Positions 11,893 to 25,810 of a stretch of DNA of 64,000 nucleotides are shown here, in pieces. The DNA is from the human T2T-CHM13v2.0 reference genome, Homo sapiens. Position 1 is the first letter of the stretch. Every line of letters starts with the position of its first letter. The position numbers were made by a program, and so were the translations under genes. Location of the stretch: NCBI RefSeq assembly GCF_009914755.1, contig NC_060936.1, one strand, 5' to 3'. The notes beneath the pieces were generated by a model, which saw only the letters and a list, made by a program, of their open reading frames with translations, had not been told where the DNA came from and did not search any database.

Positions 11893-13264
11893 ATATGGGA
11901 AATGAGAAGTATTAGTTGACTGAGACTGGAACATAAGGAGCACGAGAAGAAGAGGAAGGAGGTTGGGTAAAGCTAGTTCAGAAAGCATCCTGTATACCAC
12001 AGTAAGGACTGTGGACAGTTCTGGAGTCCAAAAGGAGTCAGTGAGGCTTTAAAACAAGGGACTAATCTGATTTATATCTTAAAAGAAGAGACCTCTCTGG
12101 CAGAAGCCTGGAAGATTGAGTAGAGTGGGCTGGTACAGGCAGGGAGACCACCCTAGTAGGCAAGAAATAATAAAGTAGGTAGGTGTGAAGATAAAGAGAG
12201 GGGAGCAAATTTGAAAAAGTAACAGGAATGTGGTTATCACAATCCACCCCCACCCCCTAATCTCTCAACAAACACAGCCCTTCAGAGTCAAGGTGAAGAT
12301 GATGGAAATTAGGAAGTAGTGATTAGACATGGAGCCTTCTGGTGCCGAGTTAATGGATGAGGGCTTTGTAATGCAACCCAGGATCTTCATCATAATATCA
12401 CAGTAAGGGGAGAGTTGGGGTTGAGAGGCAGTGGTGGGGGTGGGGTGAATATCATTCACAGACCGGCTGCAAGCTGCTGGAGGTGATTTACTACAGCCTT
12501 CTTGATAGGTCTGATTAACTTTTGATATTGCGGGACAAAGATCAATTTATTGTTCCCTCTGTATTCTACTCTTGGTTCCAGAAGCTTCTCCCAGATTGCC
12601 ACATAACTGGTTTTCTCATTTTCTTCAGGTCCCTGCTGAAGATGAGGAGGAAGAATTACTGGTGAAAACCTGAAGTTTGAAAAAGTAAATCCAAATTGCT
12701 CTTTTGTCTAGTGTTTTGGGAAACAAGGAAGAGGGAATGAAATCTCTGTTTTAAAATTTTATTATTTCTGTTATTGCACATTCACAATTCACTATATTTC
12801 ATGCATTCTTTAAAGATCTAATTTTTTTAATTGGATATTGAATATCTACAATGTGATAACTATAAAACACCTGTAAAACTTAAATAACAATACCATGATA
12901 CCTATATATTCAATATCTAGTTTAAGCATAGGCTATTATTACCATAACTTCGAAGCCAACTCTGTGTACCTCCTTGGTTCCTTCCCTCTCCCTCCTTCCC
13001 AGAGGTAACCACTATCCTGAAATATATATTTCATTCCTATATTTTTCTTTAAGATTTTGAAGAAAAGCAATCTCTAATAATATGCTGCTTAGTTTTCTGT
13101 ATTTTTGAACTTTATGTAAATTGAATTATACTGAATCTAGTCTTCTGTAGCTTGGTTTTGTTGCTCACATTACGCTTTTGAAATTCAGCCAAGTTCATTA
13201 ATTTTCACTGTTGCATAGTATTCCTTTTAAGAAACAAGCCACACACAGAAAGATGAATGCTGCA

Positions 13265-13690
13265 TGCTATGATTAATACTGAGTGTCAACTTGATTGGCT
13301 TGAAGGATGCAAAGTATTACTGTGAGGGTGTTGCCAAAGGAGATTAACATTTGAGTCAGTGGGCTGGGAAAGGCAGACCTACCTTAATCTGGGTGGGCAC
13401 AATCTAATCAGCTGCCAGTGCAGCTAGATATAAAGCAGGCAGAAAAATGTGAAAAGACTAGGCTGACCTAGCCTCCCAGCCTACATCCTTCTCCCATGCT
13501 GGATGCTTCCTGCCCTTGAACATCAGACTCCAAGTTCTTCAGTTTTGGAACTTGGACAGGCTCTCCTTGCTCCTCAACTTGCAGATGGCCTATTTTGGGA
13601 CCCTGTGGTCATATGAGTTAATACTTAATAAACTTTATATATATATATATGCTATTAGTTCTGTCCCTCTAGAGAACCCTGACTAATACA
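13265..13690 (+). mobile_element. MLT2A (HERV-L) solo LTR
   Basis: ttaatactgagtgtcaacttgattgg...ctagagaaccctgactaataca; TSD CTGCA on both sides. Confidence 0.9.
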
Positions 13691-13853
13691 CTGCATGTTC
13701 TCATTTTTTTGTGGAAGCTACAAGAAATTGAATGCAAAGAAGTAGAGAGCAGAATGGTGGTTACCAGAGGCTGGGGAGAGGGGTAATAGAGAGATGTTGG
13801 TCAAAGGGTACAATGTTTCAGTTAGACAGAAGGAATAAATGATAAGTATTTGA

Positions 13854-14122
13854 GGCCGGGCATGGTGGCTCATGCCTATAATCCCAGCACTTTGGGAGAC
13901 CGAGGCAGGCAGATCACCTGAGTCAGGGGTTCAAGACCAGCCTGGCCAACATGGCGAAACCCCATCTCTACTAAAGATTCAAAAATTAGCAGGGTGTGGT
14001 GGTGCGCGCCTGTAACCCTAGCTACTCTGGAGGCTGAGGCAGGAGCACTTCAACCTGGGAGGTGGAGGTATCAGTGAGATGAGATAGAGTCTGTCTCAAA
14101 AAAAAAAAAAAAAAAAAAACAA
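13854..14122 (+). mobile_element. AluS with an internal deletion near the 3' end
   Basis: TSD gataagtatttga; poly-A tail. Confidence 0.9.
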
Positions 14123-15022
14123 GATAAGTATTTGAGATGGTAGATATGCTAATTAGCTTGGTTCACTCACCCCATATTATATACATATACCATAGCATCA
14201 CTTTGCAACCCATAAATATATACAATTATAATTTGTCAATATCAAAATAAATAAATAAATAGAATTTTTAAAAAGAACAAGCCATGATCTATGTATTCAT
14301 TCTTTTATCAATGGATTTGGATAAATTTCATTTTTTAAGAAAATTATTACAAATATTGCTGCTGTAAACATTTTGTCTTCTGATACTTATGTACAAGAGG
14401 TTTTAGGAAATCTGCCTAGGAAATCTGATCCTAATAGTATTTATTTGTCCTTTTTTTTAAAAAAATGGGTCTTCCCAGAGATTTGCCAATTTTATCGGTC
14501 CTTCAAAAAAACCCAACTAGGTCACCCTAGAATTCACAGGAAAGAAACCCAGAATGTTTTAGTTTTGTCGGGTCTCTCCGTGGTGTATTTGTTCTCTATG
14601 ATTTTCTGCTCTTATATTTTTTCTCTCTTTGGGTTTATTTTGTTCTTTTTCTAACTTCTAAAGCTGGATTCCTAGCTAATTAATTTTTAGCCTTTATTCT
14701 TTTATAGTATATGCATTTAAGATACCATAAATGTCCCTCCAAATACTCCCATAGCTGTATCTCACTAATTCTGACAAGTAGTAGTGTTGTTCACTTCTAA
14801 ATACTTGCTAGTTCTTATTATGATTTCTTTGTTTTATGAGCTATTTAGATGTGTTCTTATATTTCTAAATGTATGATTATTTCTGTTTTAAAAATGGATT
14901 TCTAAATTAATTGCATTATAGGCAGAGATCGTGGTTATCAATTTTTTTGCTGAGACTCTTTCATGGTTAGTACCATGGTTAGTCATTTTTCATAAATTAT
15001 TCCATGGAAATTGAAAAGAATG

Positions 15023-15168
15023 AGCCAGGCGTGGCGGCATGCACCAGAAGTTGCAGCTACTCAGGAGGCTGAAGTGAGAGGACTGCTTGAGTCCAGTAGT
15101 TCAAGGCCAGCTGGTCAACATAGTGAGACTCCATCTATGAAAAAATATATATAAAAAGAAAAAGAAAA
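15023..15168 (+). mobile_element. Alu monomer (FLAM-like)
   Basis: Single arm with A-tail; TSD gaaaagaatg / gaaaacaatg. Confidence 0.8.
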
Positions 15169-15419
15169 CAATGCATATTTTTCTGTTCTTGGGTTTAATG
15201 CACTATAAATAGAGATTACATCCAGCTTGTTCATGGTTATTTAAATCATATTTCAAATCTCACTGACTTCTTTGTTCACTTGACCATAAACTTCCCTTGT
15301 TTAATTTATTGGCTTGCTATAGGAACTTGTGTTTATTCCATGTGTATACTGCACCTCCCCTGAAGCCTCTCTGAATCTCATTTGGTGACTCTGAAACCTA
15401 CTGATCTACTTTACCTTTG

Positions 15420-15770
15420 CTAGGTTATATGTAATAATAAACAACCCCCAAATCTCAATGGCTTACAACCATGAAGATTTATTACTTGTGCATATTACAT
15501 GTTATTCTCTGGCCAACTCTGCTCTGTTTTCTTCATTCTGGAACCTACGCTAGAGGAGTAGCCCATACCTGAGGCAGGTCTGCTTTGTGTCAGAAGGCAA
15601 AGAATAATGAAGAACTACTGAAAGGCTCTGAAAGCTTCTTCCTGTATGAGGCATACAACACTTCTATGCACATGGCCAACCCTGATGTCAGGGAGGTGTG
15701 GCGTTATTATCATATCACAGGCGGGGAGAAGAGAATGATAGAGAACAAAAATGCAGTCTACAACACCTGC
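15420..15770 (-). mobile_element. Old MLT1 (J/K-like) LTR
   Basis: aataaacaacccccaaatctcaatggctta...cacatggccaaccctgatgtca. Confidence 0.55.
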
Positions 15771-16844
15771 CTTTTTGTTCTCTGAATAGTATGTACACAG
15801 AATTTCTAAACTAGATCTTTCAGTAACTGGTTCAGAGCTGCCCCTGCCTGGCCCCAATTACATGGTACATCTAGCTCAAAATAGCTGGGCTGGATGATTT
15901 GTGTACGCTTTGGTTATATGTGCTTGTGACTTTTACATGTAGTTTTGTCTCACCTGAACCATTTGATTGAAGATGATTAAATATCTGCTAAAATAGTGAA
16001 AAATGCACATAAACATACATACCCAGTTTTGTTTGCCAGTTAAGGATTTTTTTTTAAACTCCCTGAATTTCATGCAGGAGCCATAGGTCCCTACCATTTT
16101 TGCAATTGTCTATTCACACATCTGTATTGTCTACTAGACTACACTGTGAGGTGGGGTTGCATTTTTGTTCACTCCTGTGTCCCAGCTATTAGCACAGTTG
16201 CACATAATAAGGCTGTGATTTAAAAAAAAATGTGTTAAGTGAATAATAAAACTGAACTACAATTAGAATACAAGTCCAGCGTTCCAAATTGAATGAACAA
16301 GATCAAATTAGTAAAGATAAGCTATACTCACTAGAAGTCCATAATAAAAAAGAGATACTGTTTATACTAAATTAACAGTCTTTGGAGATTGTCTTGCTTC
16401 TTTTTGTAAAGTGAGATGAAGAACAAAAATCCTGGACAGATTGAAGCTAGCTTTTATGTCAGTGTAACTGAACTCTTCCTCCACTTCCTCTTTTAAGGGG
16501 TTGTAGCGGGAACATGCCAGGCTGATAATGATTGTTTTTATCTTATGTCATACCCTTCTGAGGGGAAACCAATAAATCCAGGCTGACGGTCTGGATGAAT
16601 GAATAGGTGCTAGCAGCAAAAGATGGGGCCATGTCATGAGTTTTTTATTTGAGAATCAGCCTCTCCTCCATACACAGAACCACCAGCAGATGTCATATCT
16701 GATCTCTGTTGTTGGGCCTGCTGCCTGATTTTCAGTTAATTGTTTCCATAACACAATGTTTTTCCATATTGTGTCATGCTTCCTATTACACAGGACACAT
16801 TTTCTTTACCATCTCCCATAAGCACACAGATATGATGTGCTTAT

Positions 16845-17130
16845 TTATTTATCCATGCAATAAAGATTTATCATGTGTCTATTCTGTGCCTGGTATTGAG
16901 ACTACAATGGTGAGCGAAACAGATACAGCCCCTGCCCTCTTGAAGAATTCTACTGGGGAGGACAGTTAATTCAATGAGTAACTTCCAAAAATTATAATTT
17001 GGGTTTTGTTAGTTGAAGCATGGTACTAGGAGGACAAGTTAAAAAAATAGCCAAATATAGCCTAAGAAATCACGGAAGTCCTCCAGGGAAGCAAGGTTTC
17101 TAGGGAATTCTGAAAGACGACTGAGTTAAG
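16845..17130 (-). mobile_element. L2 3' fragment
   Basis: atttatcatgtgtctattctgtgcctggtattg...cagcccctgccctc. Confidence 0.55.
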
Positions 17131-17199
17131 CAGACCAAGAACCAGGAGGAGAGCTGAATCTTTGTTATTTTAATTAAAAGAGTGAAGGGAGGGTGTCCC

Positions 17200-17390
17200 G
17201 AGTGTCCCATTAAACACATAGGCTCTGGGCTAGCCTTCCTGGGGGCCTATTCCTCACTCTGCCATTTATTAGCTCTGCTTCAGTTTTCTCGTTTGTACAA
17301 TGGGGAGTGTGACAGTACTTGCCTCACAGGATTACTGTCAGGATTAAATGAGTTAATCCATGCAGGTGTCTGACATAGAATAAGCAATCG
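17200..17390 (+). mobile_element. MIR
   Basis: ctctgccatttattagct...cagttttctcgtttgtacaatgggg...ggattaaatgagttaat. Confidence 0.7.
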
Positions 17391-18021
17391 ATTCCTGTTG
17401 GCCCTTATTTTTCTTTGTTGGAATATTCAGCAAAACCCATTGCATCTCAATTCTTTCTCAGATTAAAAAATTCTCTACCTGTGAATCAGAACTATGCTAA
17501 CACAATGAACTCCAGTCTGCCAAATTTCATTTCTGAAGCAAAGCCACCTTTGGGTTTTGATTGTTGTGCCTGTGTCTTGTGTAGATGGTACAGGGAACTT
17601 GGCCAAGTTTCACACGACAACATGAAGTGTTCAGCTCCAAGCCACATGATATAGTTATAAGCCATATAATAAAATATATTATCTTAATCCCACAGGAGAT
17701 CCCATAGATATCATGGCCACGTGGATAGAGACAAAGTCCTTGAACCTTAAAATAGCAAATCACAGACTCATTTCAAAGTTATTGGTACACAGAAGGTCTC
17801 TGTAGTGTCTTTTTGAATTCAGTCAGCTTTAATTACAAGCTTTTAGTCTCACTTGACAATATAATCCCTTCATTCTCAGGGCTGCACAGCATATTCAATC
17901 ACTTAGCTTTCCTGACTGTTTAATGAAGATCTTCATGGTTGCATTTGGGGGAGTGCTTTCAGTCTCTTTCCAATAACAGGAACACTGAAAAAGACGTACA
18001 GGACATAATTATATGGTCTCA

Positions 18022-18405
<384 letters not shown>

Positions 18406-19806
18406 ATAATGATAATTGCAAAGTCTACAAATATACTTGATAGAAAAAACCCTCTGAAAAGAAGAGCATATCTTTTAAATTACAAATTATGTTTGTTTTC
18501 TGAAATTGTACTCTACTCCAGAATATCAGTCAAATGCCCACCTGAGTTTCGAGTATTGTTAAATTTTAGGTTTCTAATTTTCCTGTTATTCACTTCTCAG
18601 CAATCTTTTTGATTTTCAAATGATGTCAGAACTTTTTTTATATCTATTTTTAAAAGTCACAGATTCAATCCCAATTTTATTTGCATCTACATATAGACAT
18701 GCAGAAAAAATACTATAAGACATTACTCATGGTTCTCTTTGGGTTCTGGGATTAAGGGGAGCCTTGTTTTGGTTGTTATAGTTTTCCTATATATAATTTT
18801 AGTTTAATAACAAAATGTGAGTGTGTGGTGTTGGTTTTCTGTGTGGACCTAGAAAATAGTTCGCAGACCTAGGTAATTCCATTTGAATAAAATTCACTTA
18901 TTTTTAAAACAAAAAAAAGCCAATCAAATAAATTAGCTAGTAAAGGAAGTATTAAATTTTATTGGAAAATTCCTCAGTTCCAGTATGCTTTGCTTGTCAA
19001 AGGTTAACATACAATATCTACAACTTGGCTTTATAGGCTTCTTAAGGGTCTTGCCTTTGGATTGATTCATTATTGAGATGGAGTTAAATTTTCTGGAAAA
19101 GAGAATTCCACTGCTCAGCAGGCTAACTGCCTTTAGATGGGCGACATTAACTCTACTTATTGCCAACCTAGCCAAAAAATCAATAAAAGCTGGTGGACTA
19201 AGACAAGTCATAAATTTGATTTCTATATCCAAAATCACTTCCATTCCAGGCCGACCTCACATTGGCAGTCTGATTTGATTACAAGGTCATTTTCCCACAC
19301 GTTGTACTCAGCAGTTTGAAAAGTACAATGTGTTGGTTAAAATATGATCCTTGGGGGATATTTGCTCACTTTACAAGCAGCTCCTCCATTTGCCATAATT
19401 AAGCCCAATGGGCAGTTGCTCCTCAGGGAAGCTGATGTGCTAAATCCTTGGAGTTGTCCCAACCCCATCGAGAGAGGCCCTGCAGAGTCTGCATGGGGCT
19501 CCATGCCGTCCTGTCATCAGTGCTCGCTCTCGGCTTTCCCCTGACCTCATTTCACATCAAACCTTTAATAACAATCTACAAGGAAGCCTTTGTGCTCCAA
19601 AATGTTCTCATATTTATGATGGCTCTAACATGGGGGAAAATACTTAACCTAAATATTTGATTGAAATGTTTCTCTTAGCTTCAGAATAATCATTTTATAA
19701 TAACCATATATTTCCATTACTCAGAACTTCAAAACCACATTTACAGCAACAGATCTCATTGATTTAATATCAGAGTGGAAACGGATCAAGTACACTAGCG
19801 ATTTTA

Positions 19807-20261
<455 letters not shown>

Positions 20262-20329
20262 TCATTCTGGACTTCTAATCCCCTTATCACTTTTGGCCAA
20301 GGGGCTATGACATTTGATATCATTATTAT

Positions 20330-20570
20330 TAATAATGATTACTACCATTTATTTAGCTCTTATTAAGTGCCTGATGCTGGGTATCACACTCAATTCTGAC
20401 AACAGCCTGATGGGGTAAGTATGCTTATTATCCCATTTTACAGCTGAGAAAATTGAGTCACAGAATAAGTAATTTATCTGGCATTTTAAATGACAGTGAG
20501 TGAAAGGGAGGACTGAAATTTAAATCTACTTCTTTCTGACCTCAGAAAACAAGTGTTTAACTATTTAGTA
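20330..20570 (-). mobile_element. MIR
   Basis: ttattatcccattttacagctgagaaaattgagtcacaga. Confidence 0.7.
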
Positions 20571-21597
20571 CCATCCTTGGGTCCCAGAACCTTATCCTCT
20601 TGGCAAAAGATATGAAACTATCTTTTAAAGCCTGCTGGCCTAGAAAGCTTAAGTTATCCTACTTGATATGAGCAGATTGTTATCAGACAGCCCAAACGCA
20701 TTATAATGCTTTCTCTCATCCTGGCCCACACAGTTCGAATATAATCCTTTAAAAATAGGAGCCTTTTGTCTTATAGTAACTAACCCCCAATGAAGTCTAT
20801 TTTGCACTAAATTCTGCTCTTTGGGGTATGAGCTAGTAGCAAAACCACAATAGAGCCTAAACAATGATTTCAAGCACCCTAGAGTGGTAGTTGCTAAGGA
20901 CAACATTTGACAAGCCAGAGATCCTGGGCAGAGGCCACTGGGAAGGACAAGAGGAGGGCGCCCATCTGGCTCGCCCACCAGATCCAGGCAGGCGCAGCAC
21001 ATCGTAAATAACCTCTTACACATGCCTCACTGCCAGCTCAAAATGGGTTTTGAGTGCATTTGGCTTGTTTTTAAAGAGGGTGTGAGCTAAAGGCTGTCAT
21101 TTAAAATTGCCCAGAACCCATGTCACAAGAACAGGTGGGCCCAGTTTAAAACAAAATAAATGAGAGGCTGAACTTACCAAAGCAAATATTGTGGAGTGAT
21201 TATTCTGCTTTAGAAAAGGATTACCCTTGGGACTCTTCAGAGCAGTGATCTCTCTTATTGCCATTAAAATGTAAATCTCTCAATTCAAATTTGGTTAACA
21301 CTCATGACCTTTCAGGAAAATGCTTGCTTTATTGAGCAAGGAATCCATTCCTTGTAAAGAAGAACAAATGAAAGGTTTGGTTCTTTTTTACAAATATGGA
21401 ATAAGGTCTGCAAAGCTCTATTTCCTTTTTCTTTCTAAATGTGAAAGCTGTTAGAGAAGCCCCTCTATGGGAGAGGTTTTGTTTTTAAATTTCACTTGAC
21501 ATTCTTTCCTGAAACACGCTTATTAAAAGGTCAAGATTAGGTAGAGATACCAAACCCTTTTGTGAGCACATTTTATCTGCTGCTGAAAAGCTCTTTA

Positions 21598-21613
21598 TCA
21601 GTAGGTGGCGCTA
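21598..21613 (+). promoter_or_regulatory. CTCF-like motif
   Basis: TCAGTAGGTGGCGCTA versus consensus CCASYAGRKGGCRS: one mismatch, CpG retained. Confidence 0.5.
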
Positions 21614-22256
21614 TAAGAATGAGATTACCATACGCAGGGGCCAACACATTCAGGATAGAAAGCAAAATTCCGCCCTTTCTTGGACATCTTCCTGAAGGAA
21701 ACAGCTTCGCTCTGCACCTTCATAGGATTCCTCTTTGCTTACCCCGAGCTGTCCCGCTCTGAATTGCTGTTTGAGCAGAGGGATGCCCACATTGTACCCT
21801 TCTTAGAATCCCAGAATGTGAAGGCTAGGAAGGACCTCTTATGTAATGGCTTAGCTTGCAGTCTTTTCATCCTGGAATCACAGGATCTGTAAAGGTTAGA
21901 GGAACCTTAGAAATCATCTCCAACACTCATGTTTTCCATGAGGAAGTTGAGACTGAAATGAAGGACTCAAAATCACCTAGGTAGTTCATAGCTCAGGCAG
22001 GACAAGAGCCTTAGTGGGCTTGCTTGACATCCAGTGTTTCCCAGTTATTGGGGAACACTGCAGGGCAGTGTGAGAGGGAAATGATAAGTGGTGTGTGGGG
22101 AGACAGTGGCCCTGCCTGGCCTGGGTTCAGGCAGAGCTCACTGACTGTGGGTGGACAACATTAAACATTAAGGATTTTCTCCCTCTATTCCCTATAGTCA
22201 ACGATTGCCACCCTTGCAGGACTTACGACAAATGTCAGGTGCCGAGTCTTTCTCTT

Positions 22257-22617
22257 TGATATGGTTTGGCTGTGCCCCACCCAGATCTCATCTTGAATTG
22301 TAGCTCCCATAATTCCCACGTGTTGTGGGAGGGAACTGGTGAAAGGTACTTGAATCATGGGGTGGTTTCCCCCATACTGTTCTCATGGTGGTGAATGAGT
22401 CCCATGAGGTCTGATGGTTTTATAAGGGGTTTTGCTGTTTGCTTGGCTCTCATTCTCTCTTGCCTGCCGTCACATAACACCATGCCTTTTGCCTTCCACC
22501 ATAATTGTGAGGCCTCCCTAGCCAAGTGGAACTGTGAATCCATTAAATCTCTTTTTCTTTATAAATTACCCAGGGTCAGGTATGTCTTTATCAGCAGCGT
22601 GAAAATGGATTAATACA
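22257..22617 (+). mobile_element. THE1B/C solo LTR
   Basis: tgatatggtttggc...ggattaataca; TSD CTCTT. Confidence 0.92.
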
Positions 22618-24462
22618 CTCTTCAAGCTAACTTTCCCTTATTTCTGCCAACCAAACCACCATTTCCCCCAACACTCAGATTTATAACTTAGAGTCCCTGT
22701 TGTCTAGTCCCTTTAGTATGGATTCCCTGTGTGCTTGGAAACATTCTAGGCTGCAGGGTACAGAATCGAACAAAATAGATAAAATCCTTGCTCTTATAAA
22801 GAAAACAGAAAATAAATAGAATAAATAAGTAAATTAATTAGTATATTAGTGATGAGTGCTAAGGAGGGGGGGAAAATCCAGAGTGGAAAGAGGGATGTAA
22901 AGTGTTAGGGATGGAATAGAAATTGGGTCAGAGAAGGCCTTACTGAGAAAGTCCCTGAGTCAGGAGCAGGCTTTGAATCTTAGGAACAGAAAGGAGACCA
23001 ATAGACTATTTCTAAATTCTTACCAAGTGCAGATTTGTTTTTTCTTTCTCAATGTGTCCTCCTGATCCCCTATTTGTCCCTGTTGTGATCTCTTTAGGCA
23101 AGGTCCAAGCCGAAACTGAACAGATGAGGAGGAGTAAGCCAGGTGCAGGGAGTTGGGAGGGTGAAGAGAAGAGGGATAAGGAGAAAGTTCTAGTATGTGG
23201 TAAAGGCCTACTGTTCCTGAAGAGTCATCTTATGCCAGACTAGAGGACTTAAACTGTCCTTGGAATCCACATTTGTGGCCTTGGTGATTATTTCCCTACT
23301 CTACCTCTTGGGGTCCCATGTCACTATTTTCAGGCTTAGCTTTCCAAACCTGGACAATCTTTTAAGACCCAGTAAAAATGCCATCTTTCTTAGGCGTGGG
23401 CAAGAAGCCCATCTCCACATGCTCATTCCCTACTTTGAGTCCTATAACGTAATAGATTATGTCTTTCATTTGCTATTTAATAGTCCTCCCTTCGATTGGT
23501 TACTTATCTTTGACTCAGCTGTGTGTTGACATGACACTGTTGTGAGCCACAGAAAGCTGAAACGTCTCACCCACCTATGCAGATAGTGCTTTGCAGATTA
23601 CTGTGTTGGGCACCTACAGTGAGAGAGGCAGCTTCCTCCTTTGCAAAATGAAAGTAGGAAAATCTGCCTCTGGAGAGTTGTAAGGATTACATGAGACACT
23701 GGAATGAAAGTCCTTAGTTCAGGGTTGGCTTCCATTGTAACCACTTAATAAAAGGTAATGGTGACTTGGTTGTCACTGAAAAGACCATTGGACTTATAGC
23801 TGAGCTGTTGGTTCTGCTACTTATTAGCTTTGTGACCTTGGACAAGTAATTTAACAGGATTCTTGGGTCTCTCTTTTCTCATCTGTAAAATGGGATAATA
23901 ATAACTAACTTCAAAGAACAATTTTGAGGCTCAAATTTCTAACAGTGTGTATGCAATCAATTATCTGAAGGGTCTCAATCCCTTTGGGTATAATGCCATG
24001 AAGTAGTTTTATTTTCCCCAATCATTGCTTCCAACTGTGCTATGTTGTATTGCTCTTTTCCTGGGGATAGTGCTCCCTTGGTGATAGCTTGGACAGATTT
24101 AATAACTTCCTAGTCACCTTGTGGTGTGGGCAATCTTGTCTCAGAGTTTAAGACACAGCGCAGTTTATTTTCATGACCCCAATATCAAGCTTGATTAAAA
24201 GTTCTGTTCCTGGCCCCAGGTAGATCATTCTCTTTTGCAGCCCTGGGAGCCTGGAGTGGAAGACCAAAGACCAGAGATGGCTCTGAGGTCATTGCCCTGC
24301 CCCCATTCCCCCCTCCTCCCCCCAGTTCTTGTGTAATTGAGGGCAAGGAGGAAGGTTACAGGAAGCAGAGGTATTCTTCTGTGATTGCCCACAAGGCCAC
24401 CAGGGGTAGGCAAAAGTTGTGCCTCTGGCTTCCCTCCAGTTCTATTTGGGTCTATCTGATGC

Positions 24463-24478
24463 TAGCGCCCTCTGTTGG
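24463..24478 (-). promoter_or_regulatory. CTCF-like motif
   Basis: Reverse complement CCAACAGAGGGCGCTA: one mismatch to the core consensus. Confidence 0.5.
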
Positions 24479-25076
24479 AGTGGTGGTCTCCTCACAGGTG
24501 GTGTGCATGTTTTTCTTTGGAGTGGTATTGGGTCTCCTCTGCCACTGGGGACCACTTTCCCTGGTTGACATTCCATCATTTGGTCCAGGGGTCATCAGGG
24601 CTGCTCAAAGATTCCTGCTCTTCTTGCCTTGGTATTGCTTTACCCAGTGGAGACACAGAAATTTCCAAATTCCTCTTCTGCACCCTCTAAAGGCCACAGA
24701 GAACAGGTATGGAGTGGGCCTTCACTGTCTTCTTTCCAGCCACACCACACTGCACCATGGATATTTCCAGCCCTGTGGGTATGGGCTATCCCACCAAGAT
24801 ATCCAACTTCAGTAAGAAGTTAAGTAAGCACCAGTCTGTTTCCAAAGTCCCCCAAATACAAGACTGCACATTTCGGGCACCTACTCTTTTTTCCCATAGT
24901 AAGGAGAGAAATGAGAAGGTTTATGGGCTATTCCTGGGTTTTTAAAACATTCTCCAAGAGCTCTCTCTCACTAGAGAATGCTTGGGGACAGCTTGATGAC
25001 TGGCCCAGCAGGTACCAGAGATCAGCAAACAACCCACCAGGAAATGGGAAGCTCTTTGTCTTGCAAGCTCCCCTAA

Positions 25077-25448
25077 TGTCTTAATCTGCTCAGGCTACCA
25101 TAACAAAAAGTAGCATACACAGGGTGGCTTCAACAACAGAAATTTACTTCTCACAGTTCTGGGGGCTGGCAGTCTGAGATCAGGGTGCCAGCATGGTCGG
25201 GTTCTAGTGAGGGCCTTGTTCTGGCCTGCAGATGGTTGTGTTCTTACTGTGTCCTCACATGGCAAAGAGCAAGCTCTCTGGTGCCTTTTCCTCTTCTTAC
25301 AAGGGTACTAATCCCATCATGAGGGCCCCACCCTCATGATCTCATCTGAACTGAGTTATCTCCCAAAGGGTCTATCTCCAAATACCAGTGTGTTGGGGTT
25401 AGGGCTTCAACATGTGAATTTTGGGAGAACATAATTCAGTCAATAACA
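25077..25448 (-). mobile_element. MLT1A/A0 solo LTR
   Basis: Matches recalled MLT1A0 end to end; TSD CCTAA at 25072-25076 and 25449-25453. Confidence 0.88.
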
Positions 25449-25605
25449 CCTAACATCACAAGAGGTATTCCTGGCTTAGAGGAGAGAATGTTCTCTCTCC
25501 ACAAACACTGCACTTTCTTTAAGGCCAGTGATGTTTTTCTCTCCCTGCCTCTCCCTACCTCGGCACTTTCTCTAGTTCCTTCATATTATTTAGAAAAAAT
25601 GCTGG

Positions 25606-25810
25606 GGCCAGGTGCGGTGGCTCATGCCAGTAATCTCAGCACTTTGGGAGGCCAAGGCAGGTGGATCACTTGAGCTCAGGAGTTAGAGACCAGCCTGGGC
25701 AACATGCCAAAACTCTGTCTCTATAAAAAATACAAAAATTAGCCAGGCATAGTGGCACAGACCTATATTTCTAGCTACCTGGGAGGCTGAAGTGGGAGGA
25801 TCGCCTCAGC
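25606..25810 (+). mobile_element. AluJ, 3'-truncated
   Basis: Left arm plus part of the right arm; no tail. Confidence 0.85.

Larger units (their letters stand above)
13242..14272 (+). mobile_element. L1MA 3' fragment, interrupted by MLT2A and Alu
   Basis: gtagagagcagaatggtggttaccagaggctgggg; A-rich tail; TSD-like aagaaacaagcca / aagaacaagcca. Confidence 0.75.
12820..15330 (-). mobile_element. Old L1ME-like element hosting nested L1MA, MLT2A and Alus
   Basis: cccagaggtaaccactatcctgaa and other L1M 3' motifs; resumes after 14280. Confidence 0.6.
24130..25460 (-). mobile_element. Old LTR (ERVL-class, possibly LTR41/LTR50-like), interrupted by MLT1A
   Basis: Minus-strand start tgtgatgttagg at 25460; minus-strand AATAAA near 24164-24169; subfamily uncertain. 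Confidence 0.4.

Noticed and set aside
12610-12665. Plus-strand acceptor followed by an acidic stretch (VPAEDEEEEL)
   Set aside because: The acceptor lies in an L2 fragment, the donor is weak and there are no partner exons.
18933-19244. 103-aa ORF with CRYCMLTFDKQSIL, resembling a C2H2 finger
   Set aside because: Both histidines are absent and there are no neighbouring fingers.
20956-20972. GC-rich CTCF-like sequence
   Set aside because: Core spacing does not fit the consensus.
24381-24945. Overlapping 64-144-aa ORFs
   Set aside because: Lie within an apparent old LTR; no domain similarity.
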